Virus record (IMG/VR): IMGVR_UViG_3300023179_004149
Location: 1-64,000 of that record
DNA: 64,000 bases
Direction: 5' to 3' (one strand)
The notes under the pieces were generated by a model. It saw only the letters and a program-made list of their open reading frames with translations. It was not told the origin of the DNA and ran no database searches. The position numbers and the translations under genes were made by a program. Positions 46,581 to 57,505 of the stretch are shown one piece after another (within the stretch, counting starts at the first letter, position 1; every line of letters starts with the position of its first letter).

Positions 46581-46781
46581 ACCAGGTATCATCGGAATCG
46601 TATGTCTTTTGGTTACCCAGGCGACAAACCCTGACGATTTTCTTAGAAACCCACGTCACCGAGAATCAGCGCCTACCCAGACGGAGCATAACGCATAACA
46701 GTTTATTGGGGTCGATGGCTTTCCTGTTGCATAATTGAATTTTTAAGTTTCAGTTTGCTGCAAGTATTCCCGATACCTGGT
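46581..46781 (-). ncRNA. CAGCAA-box RNA, long form, 15 nt downstream of the Ro60-like gene
   Basis: ACCAGGTATCGGGAAT-ACTTGCAGCAA...ATTCCGATGATACCTGGT terminal stem. Confidence 0.65.
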
Positions 46782-46795
46782 ATCTTACTTCTATT

Positions 46796-47839
46796 TTAGA
46801 TAGTAACAGCTTCGTAACGAGCGCTATGTACTGTTTTGTTCATGATAGTCACGGGTGACATGTCTTCGCCTGTCAAAAGCGACTTTAAAATTGTCACACT
46901 AAATCCACTGATTAACGCCGTACCATTATCAGTTACTTGAACTGGGTAGTTACCCACATTACGGCTCTGGATGTTCCAGAACACAATTTTTGGTATTGCG
47001 TAACCAGCGTTTTCATACTCTTTCTTAATCATCTCAAGAGCTGTGCCATTACCACTGCGACAAGCCTTGTTGAACTCCATATCCGACATGATAAGGATTG
47101 TGGTTGGCATTTCTGATTCTGGCAAGTTATTAGACTTAGCTTTGTTCAGAACCACACTGAATACCGACTCTAGGTTTGTTGACATACCCCATTCGGCACT
47201 AGAGAGTTGGTTGTATCTGTCAGATAAGTTACCGTTAAGGTACTGTAACTGCGGTCTTTCAGAGAAGGTGATAAACGCGTTCTTGAACGGGCCTTCGTTC
47301 TTTTCAGAGATGTAAAGACCAAGCGAGATACATACATCCATACATGTAACGTTCGCATTTTTACCAGCTGGTGAACTCATTGAGCCCGATACGTCACATA
47401 CTGGAAGTAAACGCTCATTACTATTTTCCATATAGTTTGGAATGGCAGACCATTGCTTGTTAGCCATGGCCTGATCACCAAATCTCAATGTCTTTATTAC
47501 ATCGTATGGGTACACAGCACTCACGTTCACCTTAGTGTCACCAGTCTTGTACTTTGTGAAACGGTCAGAATCATGCTTACCGAAAGCTTTTGTGTAACGT
47601 GACATCGCTACCGATGGTACGTGTTCATAGGTGATTGAACCCCACTCGTTCTGACACATAGCGGTTTCAACAACCTTTGTGTTTTCCACAAGCATCTTAC
47701 GATACTGTTTTGGTGTCAACTTCATAAAGCGTTCTAGGGCAATAGCTTCCTTACCCTTACGTGGCATCCACTTAGAACACGTCTGTGATTTGAATTTAAT
47801 ACCCTCAAGTAATACTTTTAATGTGTTTTTTGCTGTCAT
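46796..47839 (-). CDS. DUF2828/TROVE-like vWA protein, C-terminal part of a split gene
   Basis: KWMPR, YRK, VET.MC...W, VPS.AM..Y..AF..HD, MIDAS DVSGSM, LILSDMEF-like IMSDMEF, IVFWN. Confidence 0.82.
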   Translation of the reverse strand: MTAKNTLKVLLEGIKFKSQTCSKWMPRKGKEAIALERFMKLTPKQYRKMLVENTKVVETAMCQNEWGSITYEHVPSVAMSRYTKAFGKHDSDRFTKYKTGDTKVNVSAVYPYDVIKTLRFGDQAMANKQWSAIPNYMENSNERLLPVCDVSGSMSSPAGKNANVTCMDVCISLGLYISEKNEGPFKNAFITFSERPQLQYLNGNLSDRYNQLSSAEWGMSTNLESVFSVVLNKAKSNNLPESEMPTTILIMSDMEFNKACRSGNGTALEMIKKEYENAGYAIPKIVFWNIQSRNVGNYPVQVTDNGTALISGFSVTILKSLLTGEDMSPVTIMNKTVHSARYEAVTI

Positions 47840-47954
47840 AACTCTTATTTTTTTACAGAATTACTAATATTTTTTCAATTTTCCAGGACTTTTAAGAAAA
47901 GTCTTACTATTTATTATTGCAAGGCATCCACTTAATGTGGATTATTTTTTTTTT

Positions 47955-48782
47955 ATGGAAACCATACCCTTTACTTACAAACTTATTTTTAAACCAACTG
48001 GTCAATATTATTACGGTGTTAGATTCGCCAAAGGTTGTCAACCATCTGATTTATGGAATAAATATTTTTCATCATCAAAACACATCCATAAACTAATCAA
48101 AGAATATGGTTTAACCGCTTTTGATTATAAAATAATGAAAACATTTACTAATAAACAAGACGCTATTAATCACGAACATAATGTTTTAGTTAGGGTTAAA
48201 GCCGATAAAAACGGTAAATTCATTAATAAATCGATATTAAAATGTTCATTTTCAAATGAAGGTTTAATTGCTATTCATCATAATGAATTAGATTTTGAGT
48301 GTTTTCATTCGCCAATGTTACCTATACCGATTGGTTGGTCAGCTGGTATATCCTCCAAACACAAAAGAACACAATCAATTATCCGTAAGGGTAAACCCGC
48401 ACATAACAAAGGTAAAAAATGTAAACCAACTGGTACATGTTCAACTCAACGTAAACAAAACATTTCAAAATCCAGATTAGAAACACCTAAAATTATTTGT
48501 GAACATTGTGGTAAAACCACTGACCCAGGTAATTTCAAACGTTTTCATGGTGAGAATTGCAAATTAAATCCAAATGTTGACCAAAATAAAATAAAAGAAC
48601 TATCAATTAAAAATAAATTATCTTACGAAAAACAAATTAAAAATGGTACTTTTAATAAACCAAAACCAAAAACAGGTTTATTTATTTGCCCATATTGTGA
48701 AAAATCTGGTACTAACTATGGTGCTATGCAACGACATCACTTTTATAAGTGTCCAAAATTTTTTGACAATCTTCCTCACTAA
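47955..48782 (+). mobile_element. GIY-YIG-like homing endonuclease with NUMOD3-like and Zn-ribbon tail
   Basis: FTYKL...YYYGVR...YFSSS; KGKPAHNKGK; CEHCGK...KRFHGENC; CPYC. Confidence 0.8.
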
Positions 48783-49227
48783 GAGTGTCTAAACTATCAA
48801 GAATAATTCTGGCTTTCTCACCAGCCCTTAAGGCATCAGCAATAAGCTGCTTAGCTTCGGTATCGAAACGAGTACCGAAAAGTACCAAAAGGTCATCCCA
48901 ACGACCATATTCTGGAATAAGGGAAAGGTTCTTACCAAGAGCATCTGCGTGGTTGTCCACCAAATACCGCATGATATCACGGAAGATCTGGCGTTCACCA
49001 GCACCACCACGAACGTCACGAACCCAGAATAAGGTTCTCATGGCCGTAAGCGCATCCTCATTAAAGGCTTTTGAGAAGCTGCTTATCAACCTCTGCTTAT
49101 CCAAACCCCTCATAGCGCCGATTGTGAAGAATAAATCGACACATGCTTTTAATGTTGACGAATTTGTCATCATACCATTTTCGGTACGGTTGTCCTTTGT
49201 GCGCAACGCATTTACAAGTGTGTTCAT
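48724..49227 (-). CDS. DUF2828/TROVE-like protein, N-terminal part of a split gene
   Basis: TENG, CVDLFF, RDVRGGAGER, IPEYGRWDDL. Confidence 0.82.
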   Translation of the reverse strand: MNTLVNALRTKDNRTENGMMTNSSTLKACVDLFFTIGAMRGLDKQRLISSFSKAFNEDALTAMRTLFWVRDVRGGAGERQIFRDIMRYLVDNHADALGKNLSLIPEYGRWDDLLVLFGTRFDTEAKQLIADALRAGEKARIILDSLDTLSEEDCQKILDTYKSDVVA

Positions 49228-50173
49228 AAAAAATGTTATTTTACCGTTTTTTAAATTTCGATTACAAAAGTAAAAAGAAGTTCTCAAACCACCAAATTTT
49301 TTTTTGGTTTTATCGTTTTACTGATTCATTTTGCTAAAAGTCGTACAAAAGTACGCACAAACTTTGGTTTTGTCAAGCCCCAGGATTACTTTTTTTCATA
49401 TTTTTTATATTATCGTGTAATCCTAGTAGAATATCATCATGTTCGTTCATCGCTGTTGGCACCACAATTCCTTTTTGAATAAGGGAATCCAACGCTTCTT
49501 CTTTTGATTTGCGTCTAGATTCGGTAATTGCGTCTTCAAACTCCTCGTCTGTCAACATAAACTCACCGTATGTATTTAAATTATTTTCAATTTTAGGTAA
49601 TAATTCCTCATAAAGGAATTCTTTCTCAAGAAAAGGATCCCCTTGAGAGAAAAGACCATCATTTTCTAATTCAGTTATTAATTCGTTTGTTAGTGCAATT
49701 GCTTCATTTCTCATAAAACAATAGTAAACAAAAAGAATCAATTAACCAAATCTAATTTGTCTGTAATCTTCATAATATCCCTGATCAGGTGGTTAGTCCA
49801 TGTTGGGGTTTTATCATAAAACTTTTTTATAATACCGTATTGTATTTTATTAAAGTAAGCTATTTCATTTGGTGTATCTTCGAATATTTTGTTGTTGGCA
49901 TAGTCGAAGAATAACTCACCTATTTCACAATGGAATAGCCCCTCTTTGTTGGGTACACTGTCGATGCTTAAATATAGGTGTCTATTATCTGGTGATATAA
50001 AGTAGATTTTAAGTTTTATTGTTTCATAATCATACTGTTTAAACCTGTACATGTGCAGGTCAAAAAGGTATTTTACCCTTTTATCAAAATTTTGCATCTT
50101 TTTACCATTTAGAAACTATTTATATTAGACTTATATAACAATAAAAGGTAACAATTATAAATATAGAGCAACT

Positions 50174-50605
50174 ATGGAAAGGAAAAAAATAATACTAACA
50201 CAAAGACAGATTGAACTCCTTGCTGAGAACGAGTTAGAACGTATGAAAGATGGTGACGATAGTGGAGATAGGATAACACCACATATCGAAAAAATGATTG
50301 GTGATGACCCTTCTGATAGAGAAATAGAATACCCCTCGGCTGGCGACATTGAAGCAATAAAAACTGGCCAAAACACCGACGATGATGAAGATAGTGAAGA
50401 GAATAAAATCGATCCTGTTGATATGGTGTCGCCACCACAAGAATTGTTAGAATATTTAGATAAGATTGACGAAGCTAAGTCAATTTTGAGTAAAGTGGCA
50501 GCTAAAGAAGAAAACGAAAACATTAAAAATAGAATTTATGCCCACTATGAGAAAGCCCAGAAACTAGCGTTCGAGTTGATAAAAGAATTTGGTATTGTTC
50601 ATTAA
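50174..50605 (+). CDS. Hypothetical acidic protein
   Basis: ORF after a TATTTATA motif. Confidence 0.65.
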   Translation: MERKKIILTQRQIELLAENELERMKDGDDSGDRITPHIEKMIGDDPSDREIEYPSAGDIEAIKTGQNTDDDEDSEENKIDPVDMVSPPQELLEYLDKIDEAKSILSKVAAKEENENIKNRIYAHYEKAQKLAFELIKEFGIVH

Positions 50606-50685
50606 AGTTATATTATTGTTATTTTTATTCATTTAAGGGGCGGTAAAAACCGCCCTTTATTTATTTCAGGTATTTACTAAACTTA

Positions 50686-51321
50686 ATGAATATGTACGAG
50701 ATTATTTTATACAACAATGGTAAACGTGTTCGTAAAATCAACAGTTATGTAAAATACAGTAACGCTATCAAAAAATACGATTTTTTGCTTAAATCTAACA
50801 ACGTATTCTTCCCCAAAGAAAAATTATGGGACGGTAGCAAAACTGATTATGAATTGGTTTTAACCGCCCCAGCAAAAAATCGTGGGAAAGAATATATAAG
50901 GAATGAATTCGGTGCAATGGTAAAAATTAAAACCAAAGGTGATTTTGTTATCAAAAAAATAAATAAGTATGCTATTGAGGACGCTTTCAAAGATCGAATT
51001 TCGGGTAAAAAATACACCTTTAAAACACTTATAAAGGAGCTTCTCAAGAATCAAAGTTTAACCTATGTTATATTAGTAATTAGTAATAAAGTCGTGATTG
51101 AAAGGTTTGAAAATGACGATGTAAATGTATTAATCCTAAAAAACCAGGAAGCCTCATATCTTTTATCTGAAACCATTAAATCGTTTAATCTCACTAACGG
51201 GGTAATTAATTTTATCTATTTCCAGGATCCCTCTCTAGATACTAAACTAAGAATTTATGATAGATTAGAAGAAGAATTCAAAATCAGCAGAGATTACATG
51301 CAGAAAGTTAGTACGCATTAA
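50686..51321 (+). CDS. Hypothetical protein
   Basis: 211 aa ORF. Confidence 0.65.
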   Translation: MNMYEIILYNNGKRVRKINSYVKYSNAIKKYDFLLKSNNVFFPKEKLWDGSKTDYELVLTAPAKNRGKEYIRNEFGAMVKIKTKGDFVIKKINKYAIEDAFKDRISGKKYTFKTLIKELLKNQSLTYVILVISNKVVIERFENDDVNVLILKNQEASYLLSETIKSFNLTNGVINFIYFQDPSLDTKLRIYDRLEEEFKISRDYMQKVSTH

Positions 51322-51744
51322 ACTGAGCGCAAAATGAATAAAACCTTATCGAGCTCCACTTGAAACACAGGTTGTGGTTTATACGATGATAATGTCGGGT
51401 CTTTCATTTTGTAAACCTCTTCTTGTAATTTATTATGGTCTGGTTTAGTGAGATATAAAATTATTTCGGCTTTCGGTACACCCCTATCGATTCCTTTAGT
51501 AATTTTAAATAACTTCTCTACTGTCATAGCGCACCTAATATTTTTCTTATTTTGGTTGTTAATTTGACGAAAAAAGACGGTTCTGGTTTTTTATAACTTT
51601 CAATGTTATTGACCATTTCACCCAACCCTGATTTCATTTCCTTAATAAACTTTTCTTTATGTGTTTTAATTTCAATCATATCTCTACTGATCTCACGATC
51701 ATACAATGATTTGACCTTTAAATAATTTCTCTCTTTATTATCCA

Positions 51745-52350
51745 TTACTTATAAATATAAATTGTGAAATCCTGATTACCGTAGTAATCAGTTATTAATT
51801 TTGTCTTTGTGTATATTGAAGATATTTCAGAATAAAATTCATCGGGATTAAAACTACTCACCCAAATTAGATCCAGAAATTCTTTTGTTAAGAAATTAAT
51901 AGCAACACCTTTATTGCATAACTCATACGCCTTAGCAATAGCCTCTAAAATCTCGTTTTTAGGCATCATAACAGTAAATACGCCAGAACCTAAGACATAG
52001 TCAAAAGACTCGCTTAAATCGAATATTTCACCACATATAAAGCGTAAACTTCTCCTAATTTGGTTGCAACTATCAACGTATCGTTCATTTATATCTAACC
52101 CAGTGTAGTTCCTAAGATTATAATCAGGAATCTCAGTAAATAAATAATCGGTTAGGTGACCCAACCCACACCCGAAGTCAAGAATGGTACTGTCTTTATC
52201 AACACCAATATCACATAATACTTTGAACCTGGTGTATTGCGCTTCTTTCGTTGACCAAGCCACGTTTTGTGACTCAAAAAAATTATTCTGATGTAGTTGA
52301 TAATGTTCAGTATAAAAGTTATTAATGTAAGTTTTAAAGCTCGTCTTTGA
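51745..52350 (-). CDS. Class I SAM-dependent methyltransferase
   Basis: ILDFGCGLG, YTGLDI, FDYVLGSGVF. Confidence 0.85.
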   Translation of the reverse strand, partial: SKTSFKTYINNFYTEHYQLHQNNFFESQNVAWSTKEAQYTRFKVLCDIGVDKDSTILDFGCGLGHLTDYLFTEIPDYNLRNYTGLDINERYVDSCNQIRRSLRFICGEIFDLSESFDYVLGSGVFTVMMPKNEILEAIAKAYELCNKGVAINFLTKEFLDLIWVSSFNPDEFYSEISSIYTKTKLITDYYGNQDFTIYIYK

Positions 52351-52660
52351 CATTTTTCTCAAGATTTAACTGTACAAGATAAAGTAACCATATAACACCT
52401 GAAATTAAAGAGGCGTCAAATAAACGAAACCATATTAAATTGGTATTACCACCTATTATATCATAGGTAATTGAGTAATCAAAAAAGATGCTGGATAATA
52501 AACCAACCCAAAAACCAGAACACATCATACAATGTATGAGATTATATACGAACTCAACTCGACCTTTAAAAAATTCCCTAACGGGTTTCATTATTTTGCT
52601 TTGAACTATAAGCATAGTTACCCCGTAACAAGCAAAAATATACAATACAACGTTACTCAT
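52334..52660 (-). CDS. DUF1360-like membrane protein
   Basis: P.R......LI.CMMC.GFWV and hydrophobic helices. Confidence 0.6.
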   Translation of the reverse strand: MSNVVLYIFACYGVTMLIVQSKIMKPVREFFKGRVEFVYNLIHCMMCSGFWVGLLSSIFFDYSITYDIIGGNTNLIWFRLFDASLISGVIWLLYLVQLNLEKNVKDEL

Positions 52661-53311
52661 CTTCTACCTCTTGTTGTTCTTGTGGTTTTGTTAATGACAG
52701 TGGTGTTTCAAACCCAATTTCTTTTAATTGATCATACGACATGGTTACGAACATTCTCTTCAAATCATTTACTTTCTGGTTGAATAACTTTTGCTTCTTT
52801 TCGATTTCTAGATTGTATTCAATTATCCTAACCAACGCCTGGTATAGTTCCTCAAACGACATAGTATCGCTAAAGATGATATAATAACTCGGACCATTAC
52901 CAGGGTCTTCTTTTTGTTTCTTTAATTTATATTGTGTGATCTCGGTTTCACCGAGATCAGGGAAAACCCAATCTTTATTAAACCAAAAGTCTATTATTTT
53001 GGTTTCCTTACTTACACGTAAACCAAATACATTTTCTGGGTATTTTTCAAATGCGTCGTTTATATTCATATATTAATACCTTTAAATATTGTCATTAATA
53101 AAAATGAAAGAGCTAAACCAAGATAGATTAGCTCTTTCCTAGTTATGGTGTATTTTTCCACTTCTGGTTTATTTAGATGTCTGCTAAATAAAAACATATG
53201 TCTACCCGTTATAAAGAGAGACATAAAAAATAGAATGAACATCGATTTATCGATGATTGATGTAATTATATTCATAACTTTTATACAAAAGTAAAAAAAA
53301 AACTAACAATA

Positions 53312-53785
53312 TCAAGAACCTTTCATGAAATATTTGTTCATTATCTTGTATATCTCAACAAAAAGATCATATTCTGATTTGGTTTTATTTTTCACCAGCG
53401 AAAAAGTATTATACCAAAATTCAAATATTTTGTCAGGTAATAACTTACTTTTATCACCATTCCTATAGAATATATCATTAAAGTAATTTAAATAATAGTA
53501 ATAGTGTTCACCAGTACTCGCTATTAATATATTTTCTTTTTTAAAATTCTCTATGTTTTTATTCCAACACCAATTAAAATGTGCTTTTTGGTCATCACAT
53601 GTTATGATAACATCATCTCCAAGGTAGGTATCGTGAACCAAATACGATAATGAAATTATAAAATCACAATACAATTCGGCTCTTTCGGGCATCACTTTAT
53701 TAATGTTATTCAAATATATTATTTGTTCATTATTCATCGGTTTTGAAAAATACTCCACAAATCGCCCTATTGGTTCTCTTGCCAT
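53312..53785 (-). CDS. Hypothetical protein
   Basis: 157 aa ORF. Confidence 0.6.
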   Translation of the reverse strand: MAREPIGRFVEYFSKPMNNEQIIYLNNINKVMPERAELYCDFIISLSYLVHDTYLGDDVIITCDDQKAHFNWCWNKNIENFKKENILIASTGEHYYYYLNYFNDIFYRNGDKSKLLPDKIFEFWYNTFSLVKNKTKSEYDLFVEIYKIMNKYFMKGS

Positions 53786-53860
53786 ATCGTAAATTCATTT
53801 ATAATAAATAAGGGGCTCCTAGATAAGAGCCCCCAGTATATTATACCTAAATAAAAGAAA

Positions 53861-55345
53861 TTAAATAAATTTTTTCTTACTTATACTTTGATAAAGTATA
53901 TTATCTTCACTCAAAGTTGTTTTCTTATTTTCGTTTAATTGTATATCTTCATACACAAACATTTTTTTCATTCTTTCAATCTCTTTGTCAACATTTTCAT
54001 TGGTTAAATCACCGCCACCGCTTATTTTCTTTCCATCTTTTGGTTTACCTGAAATACTTGTTTGCTCATACGGTGTTTTAGTAACTCTAATTGGGTTTGC
54101 TTTGTAGAAGTCATCCCTTTCACCCTGGTTAGCCTGTGATGCGTTCCAAATAGCTTCACCAACACGCTTAGTTGATTCATGATCAACATTTGCCTCTTTA
54201 CCAAATTTTGCCTCATCACGCTTTCTTGAATGACCAGTTTTAACTTCCATCTCAACCCTATCTTTGTATGATTGTGGTACTTCGTTTTGGAAATCGAGAT
54301 TTAGACTATTAAACGCACCAAGACGCTTTTCTTCAACACCCTTTTGGAAATCGCTTTCCATATCTGGTGAGAATTTCACGTTTATCTTTTCTTCTGTTTT
54401 CTCTTCCTTGGTTTTCTGTGAATTCTTGGCATTTTTAACTTCGGTATTACCGTTCTTATTTGCGTTGTTCTTGTTGTCGATATCTATATTTTTACCTTTT
54501 ACTGGCTTGAATGTAGGTAACATATCTTCATTTATAGATTCGTCTTCGTCCGCACCTGGTTCCATACTATTATCGTCTTGAATTTCACCAGATAAGAAAT
54601 CAAATACCTGATCGATACTTTCTTTAGCTGTTGATATATGATCTTGTGCCCAATCATGACCCGCGTCCAATACTTGTTCAATTTCGTTATGATCCATTGA
54701 TAGTAATTGTTCACATTGAGCTTTGATTTGTTCTAAATCAGCAAAGAACATATAACGCCCGTTATGATCATCCTCATTACCCATAGTATCACCTTCGTCA
54801 TCTGTTTCTTCCATTTTTTCAAATGTTTCTGGGTCTCTACCTTGCTTATTAGCTGTGGCGTAATAGACATTAGTACCTCTTTTTTTTCCATACTGATCTT
54901 TCATCTTACCCATTACTTCTTTGTCGTACTCATCCATTTCAGATTTATGAGAACCTCTCAATATTTCAAAATCCTGAGCGTCAATAACACCATTATGGTT
55001 TCTATCGAGTTTCTTTTGACCACCATATAACTTTTCGTTAAGCCATTCTTGCATTGTGATACCGCATTCGCTCGTATTACCCGCACATGACTTATACATC
55101 TCTGATAGAACTTCGTCATCTTCCATCATCATTTCACACATTGATGAGTGGTCTTCACCCTCACTTAATTCGTTAGGTAAAAAACCCTCCAGTGCTAATA
55201 CTTCATAAAGACAAGATGACATATTGTCATCATGCATCATTTCGGTCATATAATTTCTCATTTCCGAAATATCGATGTTTTTTAATTCCCTCATTTCTGA
55301 TATATTTTGTTTGTTTATTAATTCGATTGATTCGTCTAGTTTCAT
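53861..55345 (-). CDS. Acidic Met/Glu-rich hypothetical protein with one EF-hand-like loop
   Basis: DRNHNGVIDAQD. Confidence 0.65.
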   Translation of the reverse strand: MKLDESIELINKQNISEMRELKNIDISEMRNYMTEMMHDDNMSSCLYEVLALEGFLPNELSEGEDHSSMCEMMMEDDEVLSEMYKSCAGNTSECGITMQEWLNEKLYGGQKKLDRNHNGVIDAQDFEILRGSHKSEMDEYDKEVMGKMKDQYGKKRGTNVYYATANKQGRDPETFEKMEETDDEGDTMGNEDDHNGRYMFFADLEQIKAQCEQLLSMDHNEIEQVLDAGHDWAQDHISTAKESIDQVFDFLSGEIQDDNSMEPGADEDESINEDMLPTFKPVKGKNIDIDNKNNANKNGNTEVKNAKNSQKTKEEKTEEKINVKFSPDMESDFQKGVEEKRLGAFNSLNLDFQNEVPQSYKDRVEMEVKTGHSRKRDEAKFGKEANVDHESTKRVGEAIWNASQANQGERDDFYKANPIRVTKTPYEQTSISGKPKDGKKISGGGDLTNENVDKEIERMKKMFVYEDIQLNENKKTTLSEDNILYQSISKKKFI

Positions 55346-55830
55346 TGGTATAAAAATTTTTCTCTTATTAATTTAGCGATATATTCAGGGTTTTTACCAG
55401 TTTCTTTTGCAACCTCTGAAACATATTGATAACAATGCTCACACATATGTTCTTTAGTCTCACCAATTAATTTAACTGGTTTATCAACTGAACCCTGAGA
55501 ACAATATGGGAACGCCAGGCACTTTGGTTCTATCTTAACCAATCTACCACCATTCCAAGATGGTTTTTTACTCATATCGTTACCAAACCACTCTTGTAGA
55601 TTTTGTTCGGTAACAGGTGAACCATCAATTGAATACAAATATTCGTTAGATTCACTTAAGGGCGTTTTAACAACTTTATAGCTTGGTGATACTCTACTAT
55701 AGAACTTTCTTTTTGACACCATACCTAAAGGCCCAACATAACCACCAGCGCTGCCAATAGTTGTTACTTCGTCAACGTTAGCTAATTTAAGTTTCTCAAT
55801 AACCTTATCTACCATGTGTTTATTATCCAT
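55342..55830 (-). CDS. Hypothetical protein
   Basis: 162 aa ORF. Confidence 0.6.
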   Translation of the reverse strand: MDNKHMVDKVIEKLKLANVDEVTTIGSAGGYVGPLGMVSKRKFYSRVSPSYKVVKTPLSESNEYLYSIDGSPVTEQNLQEWFGNDMSKKPSWNGGRLVKIEPKCLAFPYCSQGSVDKPVKLIGETKEHMCEHCYQYVSEVAKETGKNPEYIAKLIREKFLYQ

Positions 55831-56195
55831 TAGTTCGGGGAGTTTTTTAAATCACTTGACCAAAAATTTCTTCTCGTCCATAAGTTTTTATATAATTGAA
55901 TGAGTACATTCTTAGTTAAATCAACCAGGTACTTCTCATTCTCTTTATCATTTTTTAATTTTTTTCTAATGATATCAGAAACCTTAGTTTCAAATTCAGG
56001 AGAACGATTATTCTCCAAAAAGTCTTTAATTTCTTTCTTAACCATAGATTTAATGTCACTCCTATCAGTCGGCGTTAACGATTCGTTTATAAGACCAGCA
56101 TCCATTTCGGTAATAACCTCACCAAAATAACCCTTTAATTGCGACTCTGTAACCTTTACTTTCATAATGTTATTCCTCTATATAAATATTATATT

Positions 56196-57002
56196 TTATC
56201 TCAGTGTTATATAATAACCAAAACTAATATTTGGTGTAACTATTATTTTTCCGTTATTTATTCCAACACCGACAGGATTTAAATTAAGACTCCAACCAGT
56301 TTTAAATTTGCTTTTTTTAACAAAAGGTTCTGGGTCTTTATTAGGTGTAAATGGCTTATCCAATATCTCAGCGTTTCTAAAATTTATTTTTAATAAAGAT
56401 TCTGGTATTGGGTCACCCAATGACCCATCACTTTTGACATAGAAAGGAACAATTTTAGTTCTTGTATATTTTGTTACCTGGTCTTCATATTGCGATATTA
56501 CCATGCTAAAATTAAGTTTAAAATCCTTTATATCTGTGTTTTCGGGTATAACCATAATTCGATTATTGGTTGTATCAAATTTAAACCAAGAAACGCCGTT
56601 AATAGTTCTAACTGGGTCTTCGCTGGTGAATTGTAACCCGTAAGATTGTCTTGGTGTATCAATCAATAGGTTATTTGGAACTACAACGTCTTTTCCCACA
56701 TATACTGGTCTGGTAACCGTGATCATTTTAGATTTAATATTGTTTAAAGAATCAATTTTTACCAGGGCTTGATGCATATGACTATCTACGTTAGCCAATT
56801 GTTCCTTGGTAACTCTTAATTGAATCGCGCTATCAGACATTGCCGCCATATTTTGTTCGGCGATATGTTGAGTTGTCGCAAGTTGATCTTTAATGTTTCT
56901 TGTTACCGAACACTGCTGTAACCACATACATAGAAATAATATCATTAAGGCTCCGCTTATGAATTGTATGTTTTTCTTAATTGTTTGAAATATTGCTAAC
57001 AT
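56196..57002 (-). CDS. Membrane-anchored coiled-coil protein
   Basis: N-terminal TM, coiled coil, beta-rich C-terminus. Confidence 0.6.
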   Translation of the reverse strand: MLAIFQTIKKNIQFISGALMILFLCMWLQQCSVTRNIKDQLATTQHIAEQNMAAMSDSAIQLRVTKEQLANVDSHMHQALVKIDSLNNIKSKMITVTRPVYVGKDVVVPNNLLIDTPRQSYGLQFTSEDPVRTINGVSWFKFDTTNNRIMVIPENTDIKDFKLNFSMVISQYEDQVTKYTRTKIVPFYVKSDGSLGDPIPESLLKINFRNAEILDKPFTPNKDPEPFVKKSKFKTGWSLNLNPVGVGINNGKIIVTPNISFGYYITLR

Positions 57003-57505
57003 ATTATATATTTCCTTGTGTTGATGTAATTAATGCTGTTTTCCCGACCTGTGGATCGTTAAATGTGCGTGATATTGTTTGAATTAAATTAGAGAAATCA
57101 GGTGTGATATCTAATCTACCCGCCACCATTTCAAAATATGGGCTCTCTTCATCCGTGTCAAAAGTAATTGATTTTATAGCATTCATAGCTGGGTTTTTCA
57201 AAGTATCACTCGTGATGTTAATCTTTTCATCTTCAATGGTTATATTAACAGTATCCATCAACAACCCAGTTGATTTGATAAAAACACCAACAGCCGCTTT
57301 TACATTATTTTTAATTTCATCACGAACATTTCCATTTATAAAACCAACAGTTGTTATGTCATCAAATTGTATTTTTTCACCTGATGGTGTTTGGCGAGTT
57401 TGTTGCTGATTTGGTTGTTCCATTGACATAGATTGCTGATATCTCGTCGTATCTTCCTTGATGGTTCTTATCTTTCCGAGCATGTTCCTTATTTGATCAT
57501 ACTCA

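Noticed and set aside
47840-48790. Group I intron in the DUF2828 gene
   Set aside because: The insert is almost all antisense ORF with no room for P/Q/R/S core elements, and the C-half has its own start and promoter-like site.
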